Shown: positions 1 to 12,769 of the stretch, one piece after another
Position numbering within the stretch: the stretch's first letter is position 1
How the letters are laid out: the number at the start of each line of letters is the position of its first letter
Source: Callorhinchus milii
Taxonomy: Eukaryota
NCBI RefSeq assembly: GCF_018977255.1
Contig: NW_024704742.1
Coordinates: 86,864,001-86,928,000, forward strand
Direction: 5' to 3'
DNA length: 64,000 bases
Position numbers and translations under genes: made by a program
Notes under the pieces: generated by a model
Database searches by the model: none
The model's input: the letters and a program-made list of their open reading frames with translations, nothing else
What the model was told of the DNA's origin: nothing

Positions 1-1768
1 TGAAATGACACTGTGAAGGGGTTGAATTACCATCAGTGTACAGTGGATACAGTGATCAAGTTAGAGTACTTCAGAAGCATGTCATTTCAACTGTGGCTGA
101 AATCCAAACGTAACCCCTTCAAGCCAATTATCCTGATGAAGTTGTCAGCAATGACTGTCAAATATACAAACAGTACTTTTGAAATAACAGAACTAAACAG
201 AACAAAACTATGGTAAAGATAATCACATTCTTTAGCACTTGGATTTTGTCTGCCTCTATCAACACTACTTCTAAGACATGACTGTCAATCTGCATCCTAC
301 TAATTTGATTGGCTGCATTACATTTCAGAATTAAGTTATTTTACTTTCTAAGGACAAATTAGAACAAGATGGAGAAATTAGAAAATAAGTTACAATAAAA
401 ATTGAATGAGCAGAAAATAAATTACAATACAAAGTATTGTGGCGTTATGTACTTGTGAATATATTCTTAAAACGTTTCACTTTTACTTGTGGATATTATT
501 GGGTTATCTTTAAATTTCTTTATCTTTAATTCTTTATTTCTACATCCCACCTGAAGACTTACATCTTTGACTGCGCTGATGTTCATCTCCCCCTTCCCCC
601 TTGTTCCGCGTCCAAACTTGATACTATGTGCCATACCTTGGCACTAACTTGAATGGTTATATGTATTGCAAGTTGTTATTGTTGGGTCTGGCATTACGTA
701 ATAAGACACTTCTAATGTTTTGTGTACCTTTATTACTGTATACAGAATATAACAAAGGTATAAATTATCAACTAAAATAGTCTAATTCTGTGATGTTGTG
801 ATTAGACACATTGCCGTATCTTTGCAACAATTACTGAACCATCAGAAAACCTGAATGTGTCAATCCTTTAGATTAGTTACAAGTCAGAGATGCATTAACA
901 AAGCTCTGTTGTAGGACATTGTAAAGCAGGAATCACAGCCTTAGAGACAGTCGTTGTGTTTTACTAACTAAATGGATGACAAACATTGATATCCCAAAGG
1001 TACAGCAAAATCCTTACTAATAATAATAATCCTTGCATTGGATATAGCGCTTTTCACATCTTCTAGACATCTCAAAGTGTTTCACAGAATATACTATAAC
1101 GTGAATTGTAGTGCTACCCATATTCAGAAACTCTTGGATCGACTTCAAATTACTTTCCAGCAGAGCCTCCCTGTGCTCATCTATTCAGATAATTATATGA
1201 ATGAAAGCTACAGAATTTGACATTGTGTTGCAACCTCGTGCAACAATCTCTAAGACTGCAGAAGTAATTTCTGATTTTAAAAAACATAAGATGTGACTGA
1301 ACGACTTTACACAACAAGCCCAACAGCTGTGTTTTTCTCGCCACAAAGTATCGGGGTTTAATATTGTGGCAGAGCTCCAGTAATGAGAAATAGTCAGCTT
1401 TAATTTGTGAGGCTTGAAAGGGCACTATTAGATTGCCCCATTCCTTCTTTCTGTGGATCACTGTGATTATTTGTGTTGAAAAATCTGGGTATTAAATAAA
1501 GCATCAACCAGGCAGTGTGGAAATATTAATACAATATGCCAGAGCGGAGAGTGGTACACATTCCATCATCCCACTCTAAGCAGCAGATTTTTGGTGTGTT
1601 GCCACAGAGCTTTTACTTAGTGCTCCCCAATAGGAGCAAAGGAAAACTAAATCTGAGGCATAGTGATTGACATGCGCAACACTCAATGTACAGCTGAAGA
1701 ATGATCTTAGTAGCGACCTCAGAGTGTCAATAGCCCACCCTACAGGAATGTGGGCTCGCACATCCTCT

Positions 1769-2602
1769 ACAACAACAACAAAATTACATTTATATAGCGC
1801 CTTTCATATCAGGAGGAGATCCCAAGGCGCTGGACAGACTGAGTTACAGACCCGAGCTGGGGGTCGGGGTGGGGGAGGGCAGAGGGGGAAGCAGGGAGAT
1901 CAAAACCACAGTTGAAGAGGAGGGTCTTGAGGTGGGCCTTGAAGGTGGAGAGGGGGGGAGCGAGTCAGAGGGACTGCGGGATGGAGTTCCAGAGGGTGGG
2001 GCAGAGTGGCGGAAGGCCCACAGCCGATAGTGGGGTGAGCGAGGCGGGGCACTTGAAGCAGGACAGAGGCTGCTGAGCGGAGGGAGCGAACAGAATGGTA
2101 GGGGGTTAGGGGGTCGGAAAGATAGGGGGAGCAAGACCATGGAGGGCTTTGAAGGTGAGGACCAGGATCTTGGAACTGTAGCCCCTGTGTGATGGGAAGC
2201 CAGTGGAGTTGGGCAAGGATGAGGGTGATAAGGTCACGGAGCCTAGTGCGGGCGAGGACACAGGCTGCAGAGTTCTGGATGATCTGCAGCCTGTGGAGGC
2301 AGGAGTCGGGGAAGTCGACAAGCAGTGAGTTTGCATAGTCGAGCCTCGATGTAATGAAGGCGTGTATGAGGGTTTTGGTGGCCTGTAGTGTGAGTCAGTG
2401 TCGGAGCCGGGCAACGTTGTGGAGGTGGGGGAAGGCAGAGCGGGTCATGGCACGGATGTGGGGTAGAAAGGATAGCTGAGGGTTGAACAAGATCCCAAGG
2501 TTGCGGACTGGCTTAGCAAGATGGAGTGTGCAACCATGGATGGTGATGCTGTCAGCACCTGAGGTGAGGAGGCGCTGACGGGAGCCAATCAGGAGAGCCT
2601 CG
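1769..2602 (-). mobile_element. 5'-truncated L2 LINE (ORF2 C-terminus plus 3' tail)
   Basis: Degenerate FITSRLDY / KILVLTFKALHGLAP motifs; 3' stem-loop and (GTT)n tail. Confidence 0.9.
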
Positions 2603-3402
2603 GAGTAGAAGATGAATTTTATATCCCTCTGGATTTAAAACATTTTTCAACAACAACTTGCATCTAAATAGCACCCCTCACGCAAGGAAGCATCTCAGAG
2701 TGCTCAAGTGCTATTTCTTCAGTGAAAGTAGTGCAATTCTTTTTGTTGGCCTCTTTTTCTCTTCCTCTCAGCTGTGAGAGGATGAGGTCATTGTTTACCT
2801 CACTAGTAATGCTGGTCTTACCTGACTGGATGAAGGTGCAGAAATTCGGCAGAGACACTCTTACCAAATTCTTCCTGTCCTGGCCCCCATTCAGCAAAAG
2901 ACTGGCACCTCAACAGGTACATCTTTGACCGTGCTTTCTGTCATCTTTTCCCCTCCCCACCTCGGGTGCACAGCCAACAATGTGAAGCGCTTTGAAACAT
3001 CCTCCAAATGTGAAAGGCATTATATAAATTGCATTATACCTTAGCAGCATGGGGCCAACTGAGCTAGAGTCTTTTTCTCTGATTAGCATACAACACAGCA
3101 TTTTGCAACATTGTGCAATTGGTAGCATAATTAGTAAACAATTCTAGTGTTTTTGAGTATTTTCTCCAAGTTTAAAAGCTATGTAAAACAGCACTGCAGT
3201 GGTGGGAGCAGTATTATAGCTGTTGCTGACATGATCTTACACTGGGGGCACTATTCGTGAGTATTAAATGGACAGTTTATTTTTGACTTGGGTGAGAAAA
3301 GAAGGAAAATAATTCAAATGAAAATAACAAATGACAGTCACACACATTCAATATTTCACGGGAATATTTCCATAAAACAAAATAACAGAAAAATGAAGTT
3401 AC

Positions 3403-3523
3403 CCCAAATGTTACGTCATAATCTTTTGGAACAAAAGGCCGATCTGCAAGATCTTCAAAGAACTCAGCTAACGCATCTAATGTTTCTTCTGCTAGTTTTT
3501 CATAGCTGGCGTCATCCAGCACT
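3403..3523 (-). CDS. FXN: Frataxin exon 3 (121 nt)
   Basis: Translates (R)[40 protein letters not shown], the frataxin acidic helix 1. Flanked by ttcacag acceptor and GTAACT donor; phase 2 to 0. Confidence 0.97.
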
Positions 3524-5286
3524 CTGTGAACAAGCAGAATAATTCTTTAATCTCATCAGCATGGTTAGCTCTATGAGAACTCTAAGCATTTTCTATCATT
3601 TGCAATAACGTAGATGAAGTTTGTTTCTTGCAGATGGAGTACAGAGTGTCCAAATTCCTGTTACCCCCTGTTACAGAACAGCAATATGAGACTACAGGGA
3701 AGCTGAAACAAGCTGTCAGAGATGAATTTTGCCTTGTCACTCCATCCAAGGTACAAAAGATGTTGCACTGAACATGGCGAGGATCATTATCTGCCATGAA
3801 AATGATGGTACTCACACCGATTTAAACACTTGTACTGAATACATTGTTCTTCTAAATACAATTATCATCATCCTTCCACATGTTTCAGTTATTGGTCAGT
3901 GCACTGTAGAAAAAATACATGGGGTTAACAGATCTTTGTGGAGACCCTACATATTAAGATTGGAGTCATTTTTTCTCTTCTTGTTTTGCTTCCTTGCATG
4001 GGCATCCTCCTTCAATAAGGGTGAAAAGGGGGGGAGGGATTGAGAATGAGGCTCTTAGAAATGATGATCCATGATTTAAACCGCTCCAAATGGATGACAC
4101 CTGTTGCTGCACTGCCATCAGCAACCTAACAAAATCCACGCAACACAACTAAGTAACTTAGAGCAATGGGTAGTTCAGTGATGTGACCTCACAATTCTCC
4201 GCAGGGGAAACGAGCATTCAACTGACTGCGCAAACAGATAATGAAGTCAAAAATGTTAATGAGGAAATTCCTGTTTTAATAATTATTTTAAAGTGTACTA
4301 CATCTTAAAATGCCAATTTTGCCTGCCTTCCAGCATCTCTTTTAACTCATTCTGTGGCTCCCCCCATTCTGTCCACAGTTCATATGGAATCTCCTCAATA
4401 GTGTTTATAGTATGGTATGAAGTTACAGCATGAAAGCAGGGGGTCCTCAGCTATGATAGTCCTTGATCTCAAACCAAACAAAGGTGAGCTCCTCACAGAT
4501 TATATGTCTACTCCCAAGTTGCCTTGGCCCCAAAGGTAACTGAAAAATATGAGTAAGTATGGAACTAGCTCCTTTATAACTAAGATAATAGAACAGTTCA
4601 TTGAATAGACTAAAATGACCAATTCCACTTTTAATGAATTCCCTCAAGAGGAGCCAATGTTGCCATTATCTACAGCCCACCCTGTTTTCAGTCACCGGTA
4701 GAAGTTCTTGGGGCTAACTCCTACTTTCAAGCTCTCAGTTATTGCTACAGCCAACCTGTGCTTTTAAACAGCGTCTAATTTATACAGAGATTTTCAATTG
4801 TATGGTGTCAGGTAGCAGCAGGTATTAAAATCAAGATGTACCAGAAAACATTCCTACCCTGCTGCTTCAAGTGACACCAATAAACACAATAAATTTAAAC
4901 AGGTCCATACTGACTACAATTAATAACATATTTGATTCACAGATTATCTTTAAAAACATCCCAATGTCCAGAATCAATCAAATTCCCTCCATTACTTGTC
5001 TATCATTGCTAAGGTCATCCTCTAAATCATATGAGGAAGCAGGTGGAGAAATAATGGAACTACCTAAGTGAATTACAGATCGCTACATTTACTGAGACTG
5101 CAGTTATTATGAAAGATTTAGGACGTACTGTATAGACACAAAATAAATGCTTGGGTTGATTTTCAAATGAGAAGGTTAAATAGTGGCTTTCTGGGTTTTA
5201 TTAGAGAACATGAAACTAAATTAAGTTAGTTTTGGCTACACACAGACTAGTTGAATACAACAGAATAATTGGTCAGTTTCGACTAC

Positions 5287-5372
5287 CTGTTGATAATTCC
5301 ATTTTGCCTCAAAGCGGAGGAATGAATTTTCTTTGACTGGATTTTCAACCTTGAGTGTAAATGCTGAAAACT
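5287..5372 (-). CDS. FXN: Frataxin exon 2 (86 nt), second part of the mitochondrial presequence
   Basis: Acceptor ttgttttctgttttgtag; open frame SFQHLHSRLKIQSKKIHSSALRQNGIIN(R); AG|gtagtc donor. Phase 0 to 2 joins exons 1 and 3 in frame. Confidence 0.85.
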
Positions 5373-8300
5373 CTACAAAACAGAAAACAAGGATAAATTG
5401 AAAATGCATGAGTGAAGGTAAAGCTTGAATACTAAATACCCATTACATATTCAGCATACAGTTCTTACATTTCCAACATTTGCATCAATAATAAGAAAAT
5501 AATCTTTGCATTTCACTGGTGCTTGGGTGTCATGGACAACACACAATATCTTAGCATACCATAATAATGACTGTATATTTTGTGGGCAATTTAAATGCAT
5601 AAAATAATTTGTAAAACAAACATGCAGTTCAAGTATTAAACATTACAATACAAACCCATTAAAAATGCAACAATTGTTCTCCGATGCAGCTTTACTCACG
5701 AATGAGGCAATATAAAAAACTGGCCAAATACCACAATTGGCTGCTGCATTTTGCCCACAAAATGTAGGCAATTCACTTTACAGTATATTGTGATGCACTT
5801 TGAGACGTCTCGAAAATGTGATAAGTCACTATATCAAATGCAAGGATTATTATTACTATTGCAGGGCTGGAAATATACCTTGTCTTTGTTCACAAAGTTT
5901 TAACCATAAGTTCACCATTCTAGTATTTAATACATGGGAATTGAGAAGAGCCTGAATGATGTGATCCTATAAAGTATATAAAATAATAAATGGGATACAG
6001 AAAGTAAACCCAAATCAAGAAGGTATACATTTATGGCTGTGAAGGGCAAGTTTATGATCAATGCCAAGAAGTATCTATTTTTAACATGAGCTGCAATGGG
6101 TTATCCTGAAGAGTGTTGGAGGACCAAAACTGGATTCAGTTAAGAAACAGTTTGATGCTGTAAAAGGAAGACATAGGAAGGAAAGGGTTAGTATACAGAT
6201 TTTTTAAAGTTTTTTTTTGGACTGAAGGGCCCATTCTTGTAGTTTCTTGTTGTCATGTGAATTCCAGCAGATTGTAATTGAAAGATGAGATTAAAGCCAA
6301 GAATTAAACCAAGCTGTGTGGAAACTATTTGAATCAGTTACGTGACTTGCTGTTATGATGATGCATGTGGATGGATATGCCTTGATGTCCACAGGATTTC
6401 CTACAAAGTTGCAGAAAAAGTAACAGTATGCAAATACTCTTGGAAAAAAACAGCAATTTACAGGGAAACAGCAAATTATAAGGAATCTAGTCAAGAAGTA
6501 AAGAACAAAAAATATACTTTACAAGAAGTTTACCCATTTTGGGGAATTCAGCAATGACAAATGCTGTAACCTTGAAACAATTTTGTTTACCTTCTTTGCA
6601 CAGAACTCAGAACAAATCAAAACATGGCAATGCTCAGAGGTTCTCTGGTGTGAGGGCCGGTGCTTTGGGTAAGTTGGAGCTCCCTCTGGTGGAACATCAT
6701 GGATCAGTCTGCGAGACACTGTTTTTGGAGTTCACTCTCGTGAAATATTGTCATCTACTCAAAATACTGTCACTAGTTGCTAATGCAAACGATCTTTTCA
6801 TTAGTTACCCATAGCAATTGGTGGAAAATAATATCCACCATTCACTAAAGATATATGAAAGCTAACTGTGGTGGAATTATTTAAGGTTGTGACACAATTT
6901 TTGAGGTGGTTTGGTATGTTCACTGGTATCTTTTTGGAGATGATTTCATTGCATTTTAAAATGTGTTTTCAGCTGACAATAGTAATCTTTATCAGTGCAG
7001 TTATCCCACATTTCAAGCGTAAACAATTAGGGAATCTAGTAGATGAAATAGTAATAATAATCCTTGCATCTGATATGTTGTTGAGACGTCTCAAATTGCT
7101 TCACAGAATATATTGTAAAATGTGCATTTTATGAAAGAAATACTATCAAATAGGAAAATTAGCCTGTCCGTCATTTTGAATTTTATAGGCGGCTACCACG
7201 ATATTCAGAATAACATCACGTAGATGAGTTTTGGTGGTCCATATTTGAATACTCTATTTTCCCCCAAAGTGATTCTGCTTATTGTATACTAAAGAGTTTT
7301 CACCATTTAAAAATACATTTGGGGCTCCATTTAAAGTACAACATTTTTAAAAATAAGAATAAAAAAAGCTGTAAAAGCATGTCAATTAGCATCTGAATGA
7401 GAAAGATAGGCTAATGTAAAGACATGACCCTTTATTGGAGCAATGAAAGAAGTTCATAGGATAGAGGAGGGTAAGTAGGTACAGAACAAAATAAGCTGAT
7501 TATGTATAGCATTGTTTTGTAGTATATCTTAAAGAGGAAGCTCTGACAGTCAGCACAGCTTCTTGTCATCTGCCGATTAACCTTCAAGTTGCTTCCACAC
7601 TCCAGGTACTTGTGGCAGTGTTGTTGTGGATACAGGCAGAAACATACAACACCATTGTGTGGAGCAATGCAGTTGGATCCATTTTGCTCTGCAAAAGGTT
7701 TTAGATAATTATTTTTGTAATTGCTGCTACCAAAGAAATAAAAACAGAGGCGAGGAGATACGCTTGGATATTAGATGACCTCTGGGCTTGGATATTTTCC
7801 TGGTTCTGCTACCATTAATTTGGTATTGGGATTTGTAGAAATGAAATTTATGGACGACACCTCGAATAGCATGTTACAACTAATCACATTATATGTTTCC
7901 GCTCATGTTCAGAACTTCACCCATTATCCTCACATATTCTTATCCTCACATATCCGCAACAATTATATAAGTGGAGGTAACTCATTCTTGAGGCGGCAGG
8001 TGAACAAATAAAAGGGCCTAGGATACTGATACCAGAAAACGTGTTCACTTTATATTATTGGTTACTTCCAGAGACGTGCTTGTCACTGCACGCAAATTCC
8101 TAAGGTAACAATGGTATTAGTTAAGATCTCTAACTACATATAAATGGCACTTTGTGGTTATTGTGAAATGCTCCAATACGTGATAAACTACTGTATTAGG
8201 CAAAGGTGAGTGAGGCAAGTAAAAAGCATAATATTCTTGTACACGTGCGTAAAACAACTGAGAGTGGGGTGTAACAATAATATGTTTAAATATATTATTA

Positions 8301-8539
8301 AATTCATTGTTCAGGCCTGTGGAACCTGACGTTAATGTTGGCTGAGACTAAACAGGAAAGTAAGGGAGGGAAGAGTTGAATTTGAAGTTGGGAGGAGGGT
8401 GGGTAGAGAAAATGGTCAATATCCAGGAGGGAGGAGAAAAATGTTTAAGGACAAAATGTAGATGCTTGGCAAAGTGATCTCCCAATCTGTAACTGTTCTC
8501 ACCAATGTAAAGGAGATGCACCATGGAAGGACCCCAGAC

Positions 8540-9405
8540 AACAAAAACAAAATTACATTTATAGAGCACCTTTCGCATGGGGAGGGCAACAACAACAACA
8601 ACTTGGATTTATATAGCGCCCTCCATGCCGGATGGCGTCTCAGAGCGTTTCACAGTAACAGATCCCGGGGCCGAGCCAGGGGGAGGGGGAGGAAGGTGAC
8701 CAAAGGCGCGGTCGAAAAGAAATGTCTTCAGCAGAGACCTGAAAATAGGAAGAGAGGTGGCGAGGCGAAGGGAGTGAGGAAGGGAATCCCAGAACCTCGG
8801 GGCATAGTGGCTGAAGGCATGGCCGCCGAGGGTGGAGCAGAGGACTCGGGGGACAAGGAGGAGGCCAGACCTGGAGGAACGAACAAGGACGTCCCAAAGC
8901 GCTGAACAGTCAGGTGTCGGGGCCCGAGCATGGGAAAGGGGTGGTGTAGGGGTGAGGAAAAGCAGAGGTGGGAGACCAAAGGCACGATTGAAGAGACCGA
9001 CCTTGAAGGAGGCACAGGGAGGAAGTGAGGCGAAGGGACCGTGGGATGGAGTTCCAGAGTGTGGGGGCAGAGAGGCTGAAAGCTCAGCTACTGATGGTAG
9101 GGCGGGTTGGGCGGGAGACATGGAGCAGGCCGGAGCCCGATGAACGGAGTGAGTGGGCAGGTTGGTAGGGAGTCAGCATATCAGAGAGATAGGAGGGGGC
9201 CAGGCCATGGATGGCCTTAAAAGTGAGGACGAGGACCTTGAACTCAATCCTCTGGGGGATGGGGAGCCAGTGGAGTCAGGGGAGGGTGGGAGTGATGGGG
9301 TCACGTGAGAGTACATGAGCTGCAGAGGTTTGGATGATCTGCAGTTTGTGAAGGGAAGAGTTCGGAAAGCCGATGAGGAGGGAGTTTCCGTAATTGAGCC
9401 TTGAT
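8540..9405 (-). mobile_element. Nested L2 pair: one L2 (~8587-8886) inserted into the 3' hairpin of another
   Basis: Two (AAC)n tails; the outer tail is split and resumes at ~8887 with GGACGTCCCAAAGCGCT; GGHAFSHYAPRFWDSLP motif. Confidence 0.85.
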
Positions 9406-10256
9406 GTGCTTTGGGGTACTGTTGGAGTCTAACCAACTAAAACCGCATAGCCATTGATATTGCTGTCTGGTAAGCTTTCTACTGTTTGTCCAGCTAGGAC
9501 CATCCTTCCCATTAGGGCTTTGGCTTGCAGGGTTAACAGGAGCTGAGTGGTGGGATGACTCCCTGCCCCCAGTGACAGGTTTGCACTTCCAACAGCAACT
9601 TGCACTTATTTAGCAACCTCCAGGCCGGGCGGCGTCTCAGAGCGGAGCCCGAGGCCGAGCCAAGGGGAGGGGGAAGGTGACCGTAGGCGAGGTTGAAAAG
9701 GAAAGTCTTCAGGTGTGACCTAAAGATGGGGAAGGAGGGGATGAGGCGAGAGGGTTGAGGGAGGGAGTTCCAAAGTTTCAGGACGTGGTGTCTGAAGGCA
9801 CGGCCGCTGATGGTGGAGCAGAGGATTCGGGGGACACGGAGGAGGTTGGACCCAGTAGAGCGGAGGCAGCGGGTACTGCTGAGGGGGGAGAGGAGGTTAG
9901 AGAGATGGGGGGTGCCAAGGAACGGAGGGATTTAAACACTAGAGGGAGGATCTTGAAGTTGATTGGCTCTGTGACAGGGAGCCAGTGGAGATCGGCAAGG
10001 ACTGGGGTAATCGGGGTACGGTGTTTGGTGCGGGTGAGAATGCCGGATGGCAGAGCTTTGAATGAAACTTCCAGGTCCTGCCAATGAGCCAGGCTGGATA
10101 GTGCCCAGGAATACCGCACACCCACCGGCCTCAGGAACCGGACGATCAAGACCGTCACAGAGGGCTGCCTCTCGATTCTGACATCCCGTCGCCAAAACAC
10201 GTCACCTTGGAGCCAGGTCAGCTGCAGGGAGACCCGGCTTACCGCCCCCCAGGACG
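9405..10256 (+). repeat. Unclassified ~600 bp interspersed repeat, copy A (split by L2)
   Basis: Collinear similarity to 21235-21810. Confidence 0.8.
9592..10066 (-). mobile_element. L2 fragment inserted into the unclassified repeat, with 7-bp TSD ACTTCCA
   Basis: PITPVLADLHWLPV motif; ACTTCCA at 9585-9591 and 10067-10073. Confidence 0.85.
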
Positions 10257-10913
10257 ATAATAATAATAATAATAATAATGATCTTCTGAGTTTTATTTGG
10301 CACCCTATCACGCTGTCTAGACGGCTCAAAGCGCTTCAAAGGATACAGAGCGCTTTGGGACTGTCTCCCGATGTGAATGCTACTGTACAGGTGCGACGCT
10401 GTATTATAAATGTGCAGTGAAGAGGACTGACTGACTGTATATTTTCCGGGTGAAGCGTGGCGGCCAATTTGCGCACAGCTGTGTCCCGCAGTGTACTGCC
10501 ATGGAATGAGCGACTGACTTTATTTGGTGGATTGCCGGCCAGGCCCTCAGGAGAGAGACACTCCCTCCTCCTTCCGAGGAGCGCCATTGGGATGTTTAAC
10601 ATCCACCTGAACAGGTGGCAGGAGAAGCGTCACCAGTGTGTGCGTGTGTGTGCGTGTGTGGGCGGGACTGGAGGCCTGTGATTGACGTGGCCCCCAACCA
10701 CTCAGGGAACCCGCCCTCCACAAACGGACCAATGGCAGCGCGGCGCGACCCGAGGTCAGGTTCGGTTAAGCAGCGCGCGCGGGGGGCGCGGGGGAGACGG
10801 TTGCGATCCTCTAACGGTCACAACGACTAATGGTGATGGCGGCGACGGCGGCAATGGCGCCTCCTCCCCCCCCCCCCAGCATTCACTGCCCGATTGTGAA
10901 AGAGCTGCCACTA

Positions 10914-10941
10914 CACACACTGACACACACACACACACACA
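10914..10941. repeat. (CA)n / (TG)n microsatellite at the start of FXN intron 1
   Basis: acacacactgacacacacacacacacaca. Confidence 0.95.
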
Positions 10942-10952
10942 GCTGCACTCAC

Positions 10953-11066
10953 CGTTTGGAAAGCGACTCGGGCCGGCAAGGAACGGACGGACGTCACCCG
11001 ACCCGCCGCTGTTGCTGTCCAGCGACATGCGAGGTCCCGGAGGCAGCGGCCGAGGAAGCCCGACAT
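10953..11066 (-). CDS. FXN: Frataxin exon 1 coding part (mitochondrial targeting peptide)
   Basis: GCGACCATG start; MSGFLGRCLRDLACRWTATAAGRVTSVRSLPARVAFQT is Arg-rich and acid-poor; ACG|gtgagt donor, phase 0; inside a CpG island. Confidence 0.87.
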
Positions 11067-11296
11067 GGTCGCCGGGGAGACGAGTGGTCACCTCAGCCGG
11101 CGCCGGAAACCTGCGCGCGCAACCGCGGTCATCGACTCCGCGCCCTGCGCACCGCATGGGTGATGACGCTCCTCCTCCTCCCCCCCCCGGGGGGCGGGGC
11201 TGAGGTGATTGGGGTTCCCTTGGAGCTGAACTGGCACCAAAGTGACAGGTCTGGCAATGGAATGCCGGGATCCAGCCAGCCCTCTGGTGGTCTCTC

Positions 11297-11624
11297 TAAT
11301 AGTAATAATAATAATAATCCTTGCATTCGATATAGCGCTTTTCACGTCGGGAGGACGTCCCAAAGCGCTTCACAGAACACACTGTAAAGTGAATTGACTG
11401 TATATTTGTGGGCGAACGCGGCAGCCAATTGCGCACAGTAATGTCCCACAAACAGTCGTAGATTGAAAATGACCAATTTATTATTGTTTTTGGTTTTGGA
11501 GGGATTATTATTAGGCTCTGTGTGGAGTAAGGAAACTTGCCCAAGGTTTCGCCCTCTGCCTGGAATTGAACTCAGGTCTCTCACTTGCAAAGCGAGTGCT
11601 CTAACCACTGAGCTACAGGACTCC
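11297..11624 (-). mobile_element. Young tRNA(Ala)-derived SINE with L2-type tail
   Basis: A box TAGCTCAGTGG, B box GTTCAATTC, TGC anticodon-like loop, (ATT)n tail; near-identical to the 15696 and 63284 copies. Confidence 0.92.
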
Positions 11625-11850
11625 ACAAATCTAGTCTGGTTGCTGAGCCTGGCAGGTCTGCAGTGTTTCAGGGCACTGCTGATGGCAGCACAGCCGGCCG
11701 GGCTCATCAGCAGGACCTGGAAGGGCAGACCAGTCACTGGGGGGGCAGGGAATCATCCCTTTCAGCTCCTGTTCCTTCTGCAAACCAAAGCCTTAATGGA
11801 TAGGGTGGTCCTACCTGGACAAGCAGCGGGAAAGCTTGCCAGACAATAAT

Positions 11851-12115
11851 TTCATAGAATCATACAGCACAGAAGGAGGCCATTCGGCCCATCGTGCCTG
11901 TGCCGGCTAATTGAAAAGAGCTATCCAATTCAATCCCACTCCCCCGCTCTCACCCCATAGCCCTGCAAACATGTCTTCCCCAAATAATTATCCACTTCTC
12001 TCTTAAAAGTTGTTATCGAATCAGCTTCCACTGCCCTTTCAGGCAATGCATTCCAGATCCTAACAACTTGTGTGAAAAAATTCTCCTCACCTCCCCTCTG
12101 TTTCTTTTAACAAAT
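11851..12115 (-). mobile_element. CR1-type LINE 3' end
   Basis: CATAGAATCATACAGCACAGAAGGAGGCCATTCGGCCC terminus; degenerate W..LP..V ORF2 end. Confidence 0.85.
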
Positions 12116-12769
12116 ATTAATGACAAGGTTTTAGCTGGTTAGACTCCAGCAGTACCCCAACACACACTATGGGTCCCTAAGCCTTGGGTCTTGCCGAGCT
12201 GCGCCTAACACTTAATGAAATCAGGTAAGTGGGATGTGTCCCTCCAGGGAGAGAGTGCGCATTCCATTCCAACAATCTATCTCTGGGATTTCCACATGTA
12301 GGTGGGATGCAAGGAATTCTCAGTTTGGTTTGGATACTCTTAAGCATGGTGATGGGTTTCCGTATGTATTAGACACTTGGCTGACTCCTCCACAAGATAA
12401 GCAGGAGGTTTTGGCAACAAACCCTGATCAATGTGGCCAGAATTGGGTGGGTTTTTGTTCTGTGCGTGAAACAGCTCTGTGCATGTGCCTACTTTTTTTA
12501 AATTTAGATTTCACAAGCACTAACCTAAATCAGCCACTCTGCTACCCATAGGAGGCAACGTTGACATTCGGCTATTTTTGGGCTAGTATTTGGTTGACTG
12601 GGCTGCAAACGTATTTAATTTCTGGCATCCTTGGCCATGAGGTAAGCAGGAGCATTTCACAACTAACCTGACTCCCCCGCCACAGAGAAGACTGCGTCTC
12701 AACTCTGGTGTTTCAACTTCATTGGAAACTTTAAAAACAAACTATTAATTGTCATAGTGCATGCATAAG

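Larger units (their letters stand above)
10620..11215 (-). promoter_or_regulatory. FXN: CpG island / FXN promoter
   Basis: The only strongly CpG-rich non-repeat stretch in the window. GC box GGGGCGGGGC 11191-11200, CCAAT (minus) 11208-11212, ETS-like CCGGAA 11103-11108, NRF1-like TGCGCGCGCA 11112-11121 and TGCGCACCGCA 11146-11156. Confidence 0.8.
11190..12385 (-). repeat. Unclassified repeat, copy B (split by a SINE and a CR1 tail)
   Basis: Reverse complement of the 21235-21810 sequence in three pieces: ~11190-11295, 11625-11850, 12120-12385. Confidence 0.8.

Noticed and set aside
1..3400. FXN exons 4-5
   Set aside because: No GTYVINKQ / QIWLSSP / GPKRY coding sequence found; presumably beyond the left edge.
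3816..3903. Possible FXN exon 2 (ctacag acceptor, gtgagt donor)
   Set aside because: Stops in all three frames; 5287-5372 fits phase and composition.
10682..11387. Long plus-strand ORFs (173 aa and 185 aa) over the CpG island
   Set aside because: GC-rich antisense frames running through a CA microsatellite and repeats; no recognisable protein.
11655..11720. Hammerhead-like CTGATGA...GAAA on the minus strand of repeat copy B
   Set aside because: Stem II cannot close (GCCC versus CCCT) and the motifs are not kept in the other four copies.
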